Below the pieces are notes generated by a model, which was given only the letters and a program-made list of their open reading frames with translations, searched no databases and had not been told where the DNA came from. DNA of 64,000 bases from Lama glama (taxonomy: Eukaryota), in the NCBI GenBank assembly GCA_028534125.1, contig CM052819.1, positions 97,650,001 through 97,714,000 of the forward strand, given 5' to 3'. A program made the position numbers and the translations under genes. This document shows, one piece after another, positions 39,400-51,099 of the stretch (its first letter is position 1; each line of letters starts with the position of its first letter).

Positions 39400-39692
39400 G
39401 TGGCCATAAAAGTCATCGACAAGAAGAGAGCCAAAAAGGACACCTATGTCACTAAAAACCTTCGGCGAGAGGGGCAGATCCAGCAGATGATCCGCCACCC
39501 CAACATCACCCAGCTCCTCGATATCTTAGAGACGGAAAACAGCTACTACCTGGTCATGGAGCTGTGTCCTGGGGGCAACCTGATGCACAAGATATATGAG
39601 AAGAAGCGGCTGGAGGAATCTGAAGCCCGCAGATACATCAGGCAGCTCATCTCGGCGGTGGAGCACCTGCACCGGGCCGGGGTGGTCCACAG
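39400..39692 (+). CDS. HUNK: HUNK coding exon 2 (VAIK lysine to HR of the catalytic loop)
   Basis: Acceptor tctctttag|GTG. Encodes VAIKVIDKKRAKKDTYVTKNLRREGQIQQMIRHPNITQLLDILETENSYYLVMELCPGGNLMHKIYEKKRLEESEARRYIRQLISAVEHLHRAGVVHR. Donor AG|gtaagg; 293 nt, ends in phase 2. Confidence 0.97.
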
Positions 39693-39849
39693 GTAAGGGC
39701 CATGCCATGCTGCTGATCACCAGCTCCGTGCCGAATGGACGGCGCTGATACAGTGTGCTCCAAACAAGGCTGAGTCCTTATAGCATGTTTTACAGTTCTT
39801 CCTACATTTTCGTTTCATGGAAGTGTTTTGTGAGTTGGGTTAATGCTAA

Positions 39850-40092
39850 TGTGGGGTTAAAAGAGTGGTGTCTGAAGCCAGAGGTGCCTGGATTTGCATC
39901 CTGGCTCTGTCCTTTAATAGTTGTGTGGGCTAGTTACTTAACCACTCTGAACCTCAATCTCTTCTTCTGTAAATGGGAGTAATAATGATATATATCTCAT
40001 GGTTGGTGTAAGGGAAAATGAGTTAATATATGGAAAGAGCTTGGAAGAGTGTTTGGTACATAGTTAGGGACTTGTTAAGTGTTGGCTGCTCT
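39850..40092. mobile_element. MIR, near full length
   Basis: gcctggatttgcatcctggctctg, agttacttaaccactctgaacctcaat, ctgtaaatggg, ggtacatagt. Confidence 0.75.
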
Positions 40093-40704
40093 TATAATAT
40101 TTGTAAAGTTATGAGAACAGTTACTCAGGTGCCTGAAAGAAGCATCAGTGTTAAGACGGCATGAAATGGCTTTTCAGTGAGTGATGGTGCTTTCATTGTA
40201 TTTGCTTTACATATGGTTTTTGTTCAATAGCTGTTTTATTCAATTGAATTGAATCACCATTTGAATTGTGAACTTGCTTTTGAAAGTGAGGGATGTTCCC
40301 CGTAAGCCAAACCCACCTTGCAAATTATTATGAAAATCAACCTTTTTTTTTTTTTTTAACAGCCTGTTTCCTCCTGAGCAGGAGCTTTGCAGGCAAAGTG
40401 AACAGAAACAGGATTCTTAGCAGTGCTGCCATTGGTGGTGGGTGCCGACTTCTCATGCTAGAGTGAAATAAAGTCAGTACAATACAGTAAAATGAAAAAG
40501 GAAAGTGCCCTCTTTGCCTCCCAAGAAAGTGCTGACTTCACCAATAAATGCATTGTTCTTCCTTCGTGGAATTACAATTGATAATTACTCTGAGTTGTTG
40601 AGAAAGATTAGGGCTGATGTTTAACTGATTCTCACTTAAAAATCAAGAGGAAGGAAATGATATATATATGTGTGTGTATATATATATATGCACACACGTG
40701 TTTA

Positions 40705-41475
40705 AAATATTTTGTATTGAGATACAATTCACATACTATAAAAGTCACCATTTTAAAGTGTGCAAGTCAGTCGTTTTCAGTATATTCACAGAGTTGTACA
40801 ACTATCACCACTATATAATTTTAAGGGGGGAGGGTATAGCTCAGAGGGGGAGGGTATAGCTCAAAAGAGGGAGGGTATAGCTCAAGTGGTAGAGTACATG
40901 CTTAGCATGCACAAGGTCCTGGGTTCAATCCCCAGTACCTTCTTTACATAAATAAATACATAAGTAAGCCTAATTACCCCCCAAGAAAAAAAATTTTTTT
41001 AGAATATTTCCATCAACCCGCCAAAGAAACCCCATACCCATTAGCAGTCAGCCTCCATGCCTGCCCCTCTGACCAGCCTCTGGTAGCCACTAATCTCTCT
41101 GTCTCTATGGATTTGCCTATTCTGGACATTTCATATAAATGGAAACAATATGTGGTTTCTTAAGACAGGCTTCTCTCCCTTAACATAATGTTACAAGACT
41201 CATACCTGTTGCAGTCTATTAGTCCTTCCTTCATTTAATGACTGAATAACATTCCATTCTCTGGATAATCCACATTTTGTTTATCTGTTCATCCGCTGAT
41301 GGACATTTGGGTTGTTTCCACCTTTTGGCTGATGTGACTAATGCCACCATGAACATTTACGTGCAAGTTATTGTGTGAACGTATGTTTGCATTTCTTTTG
41401 GGGAATTCTACTCTTAGGTGTGGAAGGGCTGTATCACAAGGTAAACTCCAAAGTTTAACCTTTTGAGGAAACATG
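40705..41475 (-). mobile_element. L1MB-like 3' region interrupted by a SINE
   Basis: aattcacatactataaaagtcaccattttaaagtg, ggatttgcctattctggacatttcatataaatgg, atggacatttgggttgtttccacc. Confidence 0.82.
40826..40995 (+). mobile_element. tRNA-Ala-derived SINE (Vic-1-like, long-tail type) with triplicated 5' head
   Basis: Three consecutive gggagggtatagctca heads, then the body with B box and a taaataaat...cctaattacccccc tail. Confidence 0.9.
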
Positions 41476-41652
41476 TTTTTTTAAAAATTCAACTCTTAAT
41501 GGTGTCTTTTATCTGTTTGAAAGCCATTCATATTCTGATCAGTGAGAAAGCAGCTTCCAGGTCTTTAATCAGTAGAACTCAAGGTGGAGAGGGCTGTCTC
41601 TGTACCAGTGGGTTTGGCACTGGGGGATGATCTGCCCTCTGTGCTAGAACCC

Positions 41653-41838
41653 GGGACAGTGTAGGGGAGGTCCCAGGTTCAGGGGGACACAATGAGGAAG
41701 GTCCTGTGTCTCAGGGGGACACTGTGGGGAGGTCTTGGGCTCAGAGGGAGACTGTGGGGGAGGTCCTGGGCTCAGGGGGACACAGTAGGGGAGGTTCTGT
41801 GTCTCAGCGGGACACTGTGGGGAGGTCTGGGGCTCAGA
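41653..41838. repeat. G-rich minisatellite, ~31-bp unit x6
   Basis: Approximate consensus gggacactgtggggaggtcctgggctcagg. Confidence 0.9.
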
Positions 41839-44159
41839 GCTTTCCAGGAGCCAGCCTTGGCCAGGCCCCATTCAAGCAGATTATTTCCTCACCAAGGTAA
41901 GGCAACCTCTCCATGTACGTATTTTTAGTCACACATATTGTCACGAAATCACGCCTCATTAGAACTCTTTGAGTTTCAATCCACAAGGAAGGGAACATTC
42001 AGAAATTTGAAGTGAATAAGACTATTTTTGGCTCTTTCCAACAATACCCTTGTGTAACCTGCCGTGTCATAGTTCTGCCATTATTAGGAAAATGATGGTC
42101 GTCAGAGTGCCTGGTTCTGTCTCCGTTGATTAAGATGACAAAGGCAGAAACCTCGCGAATGAATCAGCTTGGATTACCAACTCCGCGGGTCACGGCAGAA
42201 AATAGAACCAGGGGAAGAGCTTTCTGAGGGTGTTATTACAAGGGTTTCCTGCTGTCAAAAGTCAGATGCACACTGGACTTTGCAAGATTTTGAGGACAAC
42301 AAAGAAAAGCCAGTGAAGGCTGCGCCTTGCTGGCTGGTCCCTCCCGCAGGAAATTCTCAACACCCTTTTAAAGTAATTTTAACAAAAATCCAATCCCTCT
42401 CAGCACAATTACTGTCAGAATGTCAAAGGAATGAATTTAATAATGTTTTGATAGCAAAGACGGTGTGCCTTTTCTTTCTCTGCTCTCCAGCATTCTATTT
42501 CTTCCTCCCTCTTTGGAAATATATTCATAAGCCAATCCTGGCAAAGGCTCAGGTCCTGCATCTCAGCGGGACACTGTGGGGAGGTCTGGGGCTCCCAGTC
42601 AGGGAAGACTGGAAATCTAGGTGTCATTTTGGAGGAGTTCTTCATTTTCCTCGCTAGAAATCAAGTTAATGAGTGTCAACACACACGGACACAAGTGATG
42701 AGGTGGCTGAAACCTCACGGGACGATGTTTGTTTAGAATAGACTCATGAGTGGCTTTGCCTGGAATATCTTGACTTTGAAAAGTTCTATACCACTAATTT
42801 TTAGCAGACATAATCTGGCTCCCCGCTGGTTATATCCTGTAGCCCTTTTTTGTGATGGAGAATTTTCTCCTTTATGCTGCAAAGGTGGAATGAATTTCAT
42901 AAATTATTTTGAGGTTAGATTTTTCAAATGAGTAAGAGAATTTAGATAGCATTTCAGAGATGTCCTGGAGTCCCCAGCGGGCAGATTTCTGAGCACACAG
43001 ATCAGATCATCCGAAAGGATTTAGGATGAATTTGGCTACATTATGTGATTTAAAGGGTGTTTGGTTGTGTGTATTAGAGAATGCTCTAAAAGTTCCCGAT
43101 TAGGCTGATACCATATCGTCATGTCATCGTCAACTTAATGCATCTTAATAGCAGAGCCCTCATTTCCTGTGAAATTAAATCTAAATACTTAAAATTATCT
43201 ATATGGAACTATTTAAATACCATTTAAAGGAAGAAGATCTTTAAAAATCATGTAACTATGACAAGTGGAAGTGGAAAAAGGAAACGAAACGTCTATAAAT
43301 CAGACTTCCTTAGCTGGCAGAGAACTTCGTTTTAAACTGGACCTACCATAGCTTTTGTGTCTTTTGCTGCAATAGGGCTGTTTTTAACTTCTGCAAAGTT
43401 AGAGTATGGTCTTAACTTCTTTATTATATCGTTTTAGGATTGCCTGAGATACTTTGAGTTTAAAAATCTAATGAGTTTTTTTTTTTCAACCATGCTCACC
43501 CAGCGGGGTGCCAAAATCTGATGGTCCCCTAATCTAGGTAGACCGTTGACTCTTAACATCCATCATCAAGAATGCTGATTCTGCTGAGAGGCTAATTTGA
43601 GATTCATTTGTTCATTCAGAATAACAAGGTCCAATCAAGCTGTGCAGACAAAACATACCAGGGTACCACAATACCACTGTCCCTAAGCAGGAAGAGACAA
43701 GCCATGGGGGCCCGAAGGACTGAGAGAGAGAGAATGACATATGATCAAAGGGAACCGGAGCCTGGGCTTGGCTGTGTGTCATCGCGGCCGCTCCCAGGGC
43801 CATGACCTTCCTCACTCATCAACATTGGGAAAGGGCCTTCTGCACGTGGGAGGAATGCAGGGCAAGAGAGGGGACCCTTCTTTGTTCTCGAGGGCCTGAC
43901 AAGAAGCAGGCCCAAACCTGTACTGGTGGGGTATTAAGAAGTTCTTTTAACTCAGGCTTTCTAAGAGAGAGGAGGGAGGGGAAGTCAGATGAGAAGGGAA
44001 TGACTTCTGCTCGCACCCAGGGACTGTTGGAGATCCCAGGGCCTGAGCACCTATCTGGAAGTGCTGATTATGTAGATCAAAGGCTTTTCATTTAATTAGG
44101 CTTGAAAAAACATGATGGGAAATAAATTTTACAGAGCTCTAGCCCCACAACTTTGTGGA

Positions 44160-44410
44160 TTGTGATGTACAGTGGTTAGCCGTGTGGATTCCAAAGCCAG
44201 ACCGCCTGCGTCTGTCCACACGCCGGGTCTGCCTCTTAGAAGCTGCCCTGGGCAGATCACTCAGGCTTTTGTGCCTCTCTCTCCACAGCGACACAATAGA
44301 GATAAGGGATTATCCACTTCACGTGGCTGTTGTGAGGATTAAATGAGTCAATTCATGTAAAGTGCTTAACACTGGGACCCTTGGTAAGTACTGAGTACGT
44401 GTTTGCTGTG
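44160..44410. mobile_element. MIR
   Basis: cctgggcagatcactcagg, gttgtgaggattaaatgag, gtaaagtgcttaacac. Confidence 0.7.
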
Positions 44411-45974
44411 ATTACTACTCAGTCTACCTCATTCATTTTATCCACGGAGGCTGAGTTCTGCGTGCTCAAGGCCTCACAGCTGTTCTCTGCTTGTGCTGCC
44501 CTTGCTGTCTTTGTCTGGCTGAGTCCTGCTCATCTTTCAGGTTCCAGCTCCTCCTCCAGGAGGCCCTCCAGGCTAAGCACCCCACCCCCCACCGCCCCTG
44601 TCATAGACTCGCCGGAATTCTACTTTGATCTCCAAATACTCTTCACATGATAACTTGCTTGTTTGGTAACTGTCCTCTGCACAGGCCACCACCTAGCCCA
44701 GTGCCCAGCCCAGGACGCACACAGTAAGACTGTTGGATGAATGAAGGGAAACTGAATGAATACAGCTAGTGCCAGAGTTAGCACTGGCGTGGAAGCTTTC
44801 TGGTAGCCAGTTCCATGTTCTTTCTGGAATGTTTCGTATTCTCCCTGGAATTTCAAGGGAGTCTCTTCATTGACGTCGTACCAATTTGTTTATTTTTCAG
44901 GTCACGATTTGTAGAGTGGCATCTTCTTAGTGAATGACTAGCTGTTTCATTTTATAAACAGAATTTGTTCCTGGGGCATTGTAGGAGCTCAATACAGGTT
45001 TCGTTTTGAATAAATAAATTAGGTACACGCTTAACAAATTATTCTTGTGTTTTACCAAATTGCTCATATTGTAAAGAAATCAAAGATTAAAAAATCACTT
45101 GGTTTTAATACGGCGCTTTTGAAGATAAAACCTAACCAAAAAAAACCCTCTTGTTCACTGAAAAGTGCCTCTTGCCTTGGGGAGTTACGTACTTTCCTTG
45201 AATGCTTTATTCTGGCTTATTACTGAAATCCATCTTGCGGCCATCTGCACAGGCGCAGCTTTCTCCCCCAGACCTAATCCTCTGTGCGCTTGGTCCAGCC
45301 TCCCCGCCTCCTGCCCCAGTCCCTTCTCTCTGACCTTTCATTTGAGGGCTCATGCCTCGTGGTACTGTTTGCTTACCGCCAAATGAGCCACCTATTTGAA
45401 GTCTTTTCCGGAGTCTCCCCCTTCACTTTGTCTTAGAATCTTTAACGGCCGACCCTCAATTCACCTCACCTCACCGGCCTCTCACCTCTTTTTAGAGGTT
45501 GTTCAGCTGGGAGCGGCCCACTTTCTCATTTCCACCTGCAAACAGCCCTCTTGTGATGCCATTTTCCAAAGAAGAAGCCGAGGCTCAGAGCGTTTAAATA
45601 AGTTGCCCCAGGCTGCTCAGCGGGTCAGAGACTCGTTGCAGAGACCTGTCTTTCTCGCCTCCCCAGGCTGCCATGTTTGTCCAGGCTTTGCCCAGCCCCC
45701 CGACTCTGGGCCTTCGCTGGCTCCTCACCAGCTCCTCCAGGTCCCACTCCATCCCTCTCTCCCCTCCCTGGAATCCTGGCAGCTTTCTGCCCCTTGGTTC
45801 CTCACTTTCTTTTTGGGTCTCAGCCCTGGGTGGCTCCCGCAGGCTCCTTCTTGAGTTCCTGTCCCTCCGTTGAGGCCTGGGGCTTGTTAGTGGCCCGACC
45901 TTCGACCTTCGCTGCATGGCCTGGTGAGGCCCAGGGGAGAAACTTCCTTTGTTCCCAGCCCGGTATTCTGGAAG

Positions 45975-45983
45975 CATGTGCGT

Positions 45984-46021
<38 letters not shown>

Positions 46022-46195
46022 CATGCCCATGTGTACACATGGGCACGTGTGCTCACAAACACACTTGCAGGCATGCATGCAACATATATAGTCACACACG
46101 TGCACCCTCATACACGTACTCCTACATGGAGTGTGTGCACTGCCACACACGTGCACACCCATGCACAGACTCAGGTGAGTGTGCACACACGCACT
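45975..46195. repeat. (CA)n microsatellite followed by a degenerate alternating purine-pyrimidine tract
   Basis: About 17 CA units at 45985-46018, then CA/TG/GC-alternating sequence. Confidence 0.9.
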
Positions 46196-46905
46196 CCCAC
46201 TGCCCACTCCCCCGTGCTGCTCCCGGCTGCCTCTGCTCCGCAGGGTCCTAGCAGCTGCCACTTCTCCCCACCCCACCCCCAGCCACAGTGCATGGGGACT
46301 CTGTGTTTGTTATGGCAACGGGGTCCCCCGCTCCACCCCTCTGTTTGGGAGGCGGTGATTGGAGTTCACTGTGGCCAGTCTCCAAACCCTAGAGATTACC
46401 ATCTTTTAAAAAATGGAAGGAACCTTGGAGTGGTTGGGTGGGGGGAGGGGGAGGCGTGCTTGGTAGCCCGTGGGTGATTGTTAGTCATGGCCTGTTTGAG
46501 CTTGTTCTTTCGAAATAACCTGGAATAAAGGGCTGGTGGTTAGGGCTCTCCCCTGGGCCTTCTCTCAGTCTCTGGAAAAATGCCTCCCCACCCCGACTCC
46601 CCACCCCCAGACAGTGCAGAGAACAGAATCCAAGGTCAGGTCTGCCAAGGGCCGCCATGATGAGCCCCATTAGGCATTTCTCCCTGAAATTGCCTGGTTA
46701 CCAGAGGAGGGTCCAGAAGCCTCTGAACCTGCACTCTGGTTGGCCTCCTCTGGGCTGGGCTCCCTCCTCTTGCTTTGCTGAAGGGCCACTTCACTGGCTA
46801 CTTCCCTTTGTTCCCAAGACACACTGTTCCCACCACTGCCCCTTAGCACTGTCCTAGTCACCAGGTCCTCCATACGAGCTCCATCCCTTTTCTTGCTTGT
46901 CCTGA

Positions 46906-47519
46906 TGTTGGAGCAGGCAGATAACTAGATATAAACAGAGAAAGGTGGAGGGGGGGCATGGGCCAAATGGCAGGAAACCATAATCTTGTAAACAGCGGGG
47001 GTCCTTGGGAAGACAGAAGAAAGGAGGAACCTCTGGACTGATAAGAGATGACACATTTAGGGGATGACAGGTGTCCTGGAGGCAGGCAAAGAAAGGTGGG
47101 AAAGGGCAGAAATTTCCTGTGTCCAAGTATAATTTTGCTCATTATGCCCTCATTACAATAAAATTAGCCTTGCGGATTAGAAGTACCCCTCATGCACTGA
47201 TGCCCTGACACTTCTGATCCAGACTAAATAAGGACAAATCCCTCCTTCCCTTGGGCCTTCGCTGTTGGGTTGGGATGAAAGTCAAGGAAGAGGACCCCAG
47301 GCCCTTCCCTCCCCAATGAATATTCCACCCATTCGTTTTTACACCCAAGGTAACCAAATACCAAAGAAACTTAGTGAAGCTGCTCACCTGAGCCTGCCTG
47401 CCCTCCCCTTGAAAGGGTACTGTCCATCACCTAATAAATCCTCGCTTAACTTTCTTGACTTCCACAACTTGGCTCTGAATTCCTTCTGGGATGAGACAAG
47501 AACCTAATTGCCAGCAACA
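46906..47519 (+). mobile_element. ERV1-like solo LTR (614 bp) with 4-bp TSD
   Basis: Termini TGTTG...CAACA; CTGA at 46902-46905 and 47520-47523. AATAAA at 47433 is followed by an ERV1-type U5 motif (ctgaattccttc...gagacaagaacc). Confidence 0.8.
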
Positions 47520-48224
47520 CTGACTCCTCTTGGAATTCCCTTTTGGCCAAGGAAAAGCTATTGCCTCTCCAGCAGGGACCATTTTCATTCCTTCCCTTTG
47601 GCTTTCAGTTATAAGTTCACACCATGTCAAGTTTGCCTGCCACAGAGAGGAGCATCTCACACTGTAGGACTAGAGGAAGAGCCCTCTACTCTCTCTTCAC
47701 CACAAAGTGATTAATCCAATCAAGGAGCGTTAATGCGAAAGTGAGCATCGCCCCATCATTAAGTGCAAACCATCAACTGTCAGAACCTTCCTTCCCATCT
47801 GGTGGCTCTGACACTTAACACAGCCAGTTTGTTCTTGGGATGGAGCTAGGGTAAACCCCATGCTTTTCACTTGGACCACAGGGAACTTTCTGGATAATAG
47901 AGGCCTGCCAGTATTTTTTTTTTTTAATGTTACATGGTAATACACTAACACTAAAACCTTAAGAATAAGTTCATCTTTGTTTATTATTCGAGACAATATC
48001 TTCAATTCTGTGGCCTCTTGGTATTTGTGGCCTTTGGGGTCATTGCTGAGTAGCCAGGCAGAGGGTCTGAGTGGCCCACTGTGCTGAATGGATTCTTAAT
48101 TAACCTCAGGTGGTAAGCATGCTCGAGTGTGAACATCCTGAGTGAGGCAGTTGGTGGTAACCATAGCATTCCTAATACTGACCTCGTAGGAAGGGGAAAG
48201 ATATCCAGGTACTACTTAAAAAAA

Positions 48225-48880
48225 TTAATAGACTTTAATTTTTAAAGCAGTTTTAAATTTATAGAAAAATTGTGCAAAACTGCAGAGTTCCCAGCTCCCT
48301 CCCACATGGTTTGCCCTGTTATTAGTATCTTACAGTAGAATAGTACATTGGTTACAATTGATGAACCAATACTGATATGTTATTATTAATTGTTTCCATT
48401 AGGGTTCCTTAGGGTACTCAGTACATTAAGATGCTCTTTGTGTTGTACATTCTATGGGTTTTGACAAATGCATGATGTCATGTCGCCACCATTATAGTAT
48501 CATACAGAAAAGTTTCACCACCCTAAAAAAATGTGTTCCACCTCTTCACTCTACCCTTCTTCCTGCAACCTGTGGCAACCAGTGACATTTTCACTGCCTA
48601 TAGTTTTGTCTTTTCCAGGAGGTCATGTAGCTGGAATTATACAGTACATAGGCTTTTCAGACCACCTTCTTTCACTTAAAGACATGCACTTAAGACTCCT
48701 CCATGGCTTTCATGGCTTGATAGCTCATTTCTTTTTGTTGCTTGATGCCCCACAGTTTGTTTATCGATTCACCTACTGAAGGACATCTTGGTTGCTTCCC
48801 AGTTTTGACAGTTATGAATAAAGCTGCTGTAAACATTCATGTCCATCAGTTTTCTGTTCGTTTGGGTAGATACCTAGGCT
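48225..48880 (-). mobile_element. L1MC-like 3' region
   Basis: Same family as 12935 (gttacaattgatgaaccaa, tgttgtacattctatgggttttgacaaatgcat) and extends further 5'. Confidence 0.8.
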
Positions 48881-48893
48881 AAAACTACTTTTA

Positions 48894-48939
48894 TTTGTTT
48901 TTATTTTTTATTGAAGTATAATTGATTTACAATGTTGTT
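48894..48939 (-). mobile_element. Tiny L1 3' terminus
   Basis: T tail plus ttgaagtataattgatttacaatgttgtt, flanked by aaaactactttta / aaaactattttta. Confidence 0.7.
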
Positions 48940-48952
48940 AAAACTATTTTTA

Positions 48953-49077
48953 TTTTGGTGGGGGAGGTAATTAATTAGGTTTACTTATTTATTTATTCTT
49001 AGAAGAAACTGGGGATTGAACCTAGGACCTCATGCATGCGAAGCATGCATTCTGCCACTTGAGCTATACCCTCCCCC
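48953..49077 (-). mobile_element. tRNA-Ala-derived SINE (Vic-1-like, long-tail type)
   Basis: Reverse complement reads gggggagggtatagctcaagtggcag...ggttcaatccccag; perfect TSD aaaactattttta at 48940 and 49078. Confidence 0.9.
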
Positions 49078-51099
49078 AAAACTATTTTTAAAAATGTAAT
49101 TTTAGAGCCTTTTTCCCTAAAGAGTTGGAAGGAAAGTATCCATCCCCTCCTTCTAGGTAAGTCTCCAAAGACAAAGCAGGAGGCGGAACTAAAGCCAGAA
49201 GAGGTCTAATGTTCCTTTCATTTGGGTAGATTGAGTACAGAGACAGATGTAGCTACCTTTCCATTAACTAGTCCTGGAACCTTTAGGAGTTTGATTGGTT
49301 ATTGCTGAAATCCTTTAGAAACCTTAACAAAAGGGTAAGGTCTGCGTAAACAACCAGTTAGCCAGGTTTGCGCTGAGCGTTTTTCCCAGGGGCTGGGGTA
49401 GGTTACTATGGGATGCAATGGGTGAAAATAAACCGTGGTTTCATTTTTTTCATTTTGCCTAATAATTACCTTGTAATACTTTCTCCCCTGGTTTTATGAC
49501 ATTTTCCTGATTTTAAAAGTGGGCATTTTTTTTCTTCTGCATTTTCTCTTATTTTTAGCCTTCCATTTATATCATTTTTCTAATCATTGTGGTTGTTCCC
49601 TGGGCTTTTGTGGCCCCAGAATTATCCAGCTTAGTTTTATTATTCTTGTCAATTGCTTTCTTTTACCTCCTGTCTTTAAGCTGTTTTTCTCCCTAGTATT
49701 TGTTCTGAACCAAATTTCTCCTTTAATACCTTAGTGTGGCTTCCATTCTTCCCAGGGAAAGAGGTTTAATTTTGCTGGAAACAAACTGTGGCCCTCCTTT
49801 AGATGAAAATAGTGCTGCTGCTTTATAATCAGTTTTCACAGAATCACAGTTTGGGCTGTTGCTGGCACAATGTTTTGTGAGTTTTTGCAAGTGGCTGGGA
49901 ATTACCGTATATGCTTGAATATAAGGTTAAGGTTATATTCTGTCCCCATCATCTCCAGGGAAGAGGAGGTGCCTTACAGAGTGCTTGCCAAGTGTCTCAC
50001 AGTATGGGAGCACAATCTCAATTATTTTATTTTCAACAACAAAGTACCGGTTAACCTTGACCTGACCCGCTGATGACTTTGGGAACTCTGGAAGTCACCC
50101 GAGGAAGCCAACAGAAAGGGAGGCAAAGACATTTTATATAGTTTTAATAATAACTTCTAAAGGGATATGACATAATTGCGAGCACTTGTGAGACGACTCT
50201 AAACTCAATTCACTGAACGGTGAATTTATAGACATTCAGAATGGATGCCTGGGATAGTATTTCCATCAAGTGCATCATGCACAGATTTGAAAAGTGCTTC
50301 ATCTCAAACATCCAGTCCACCTAAAGATCACCTTACACTGGAAACACCCTGTGATGATGCTCTCTGTCATCCTGCTCCTGCCTGTGACAAGTTTGAATGA
50401 AATTGTTTTATAAAATGTGAGGGTATGGGAGTGATATTTCTAAGATTAATTATATTAACCTTATAGTATCTGCTCTTGAATATGATGGTGCAGCTCTATA
50501 GATAAATAGTATAATCATTTGGTAATTTCATTGCATTTCTAAAAATTATGTCTCTGTGCTTTTCAAAACCCCTCCTGAGGGGCAGGGTCTACCCACTGGA
50601 AGAGTGAGGAAGATCACCTTATACTGGGGGACACCCTGCATTTGGACATATGTGATATCTTTTAACGGCTGGGCAGTTTTTCAGTACTCTGTGTACTGTT
50701 TTGTTTGAATTGAAGTGAAGGTATACAGTTCTTCCTCCCATTGGTGGGGGTGTGTGTGTGTGGTTTGGGAACTATGTTTATCTTCCCCAACTGCCAGGTT
50801 CAGCGCAATCTCCCTTCTCATCCGGGTGTCCAGCCCTAAGGCTACCAGCCACCTTCCAATTTTGCAATCCTTCGGTCAGGTTTTCAGAGCTGGTCTTTTT
50901 CTGCATTTGACTTAACTCTTCTCATCTTGAAATGCTGCCTCTTGTCATTCCTGTGCTGATACTTCCCCGACTGTTCCCTCCCAGCCAGCTCTGGATGTCA
51001 GTGTTCCCACCAGGATGTCATCCTTGGTTCCCCCGCCCCCATCATCCTCTTCCCTTTCCCTGGGCATCTCCTGTCCTTTCAAGGCTCAACCTCCATCCA

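Noticed and set aside
39400-39696. Stand-alone 98-aa kinase ORF
   Set aside because: It is HUNK exon 2: the 'start' is GTG directly after the splice acceptor and the stop lies within the donor (gtaa).
41653-41838. CRISPR-like array
   Set aside because: Units are contiguous with no unique spacers, there are no cas genes, and the context is eukaryotic. It is a minisatellite.
45677-46477. 266-aa ORF
   Set aside because: Runs through a (CA)n and purine-pyrimidine tract giving His/Thr repeats; no recognisable domain or splice support.
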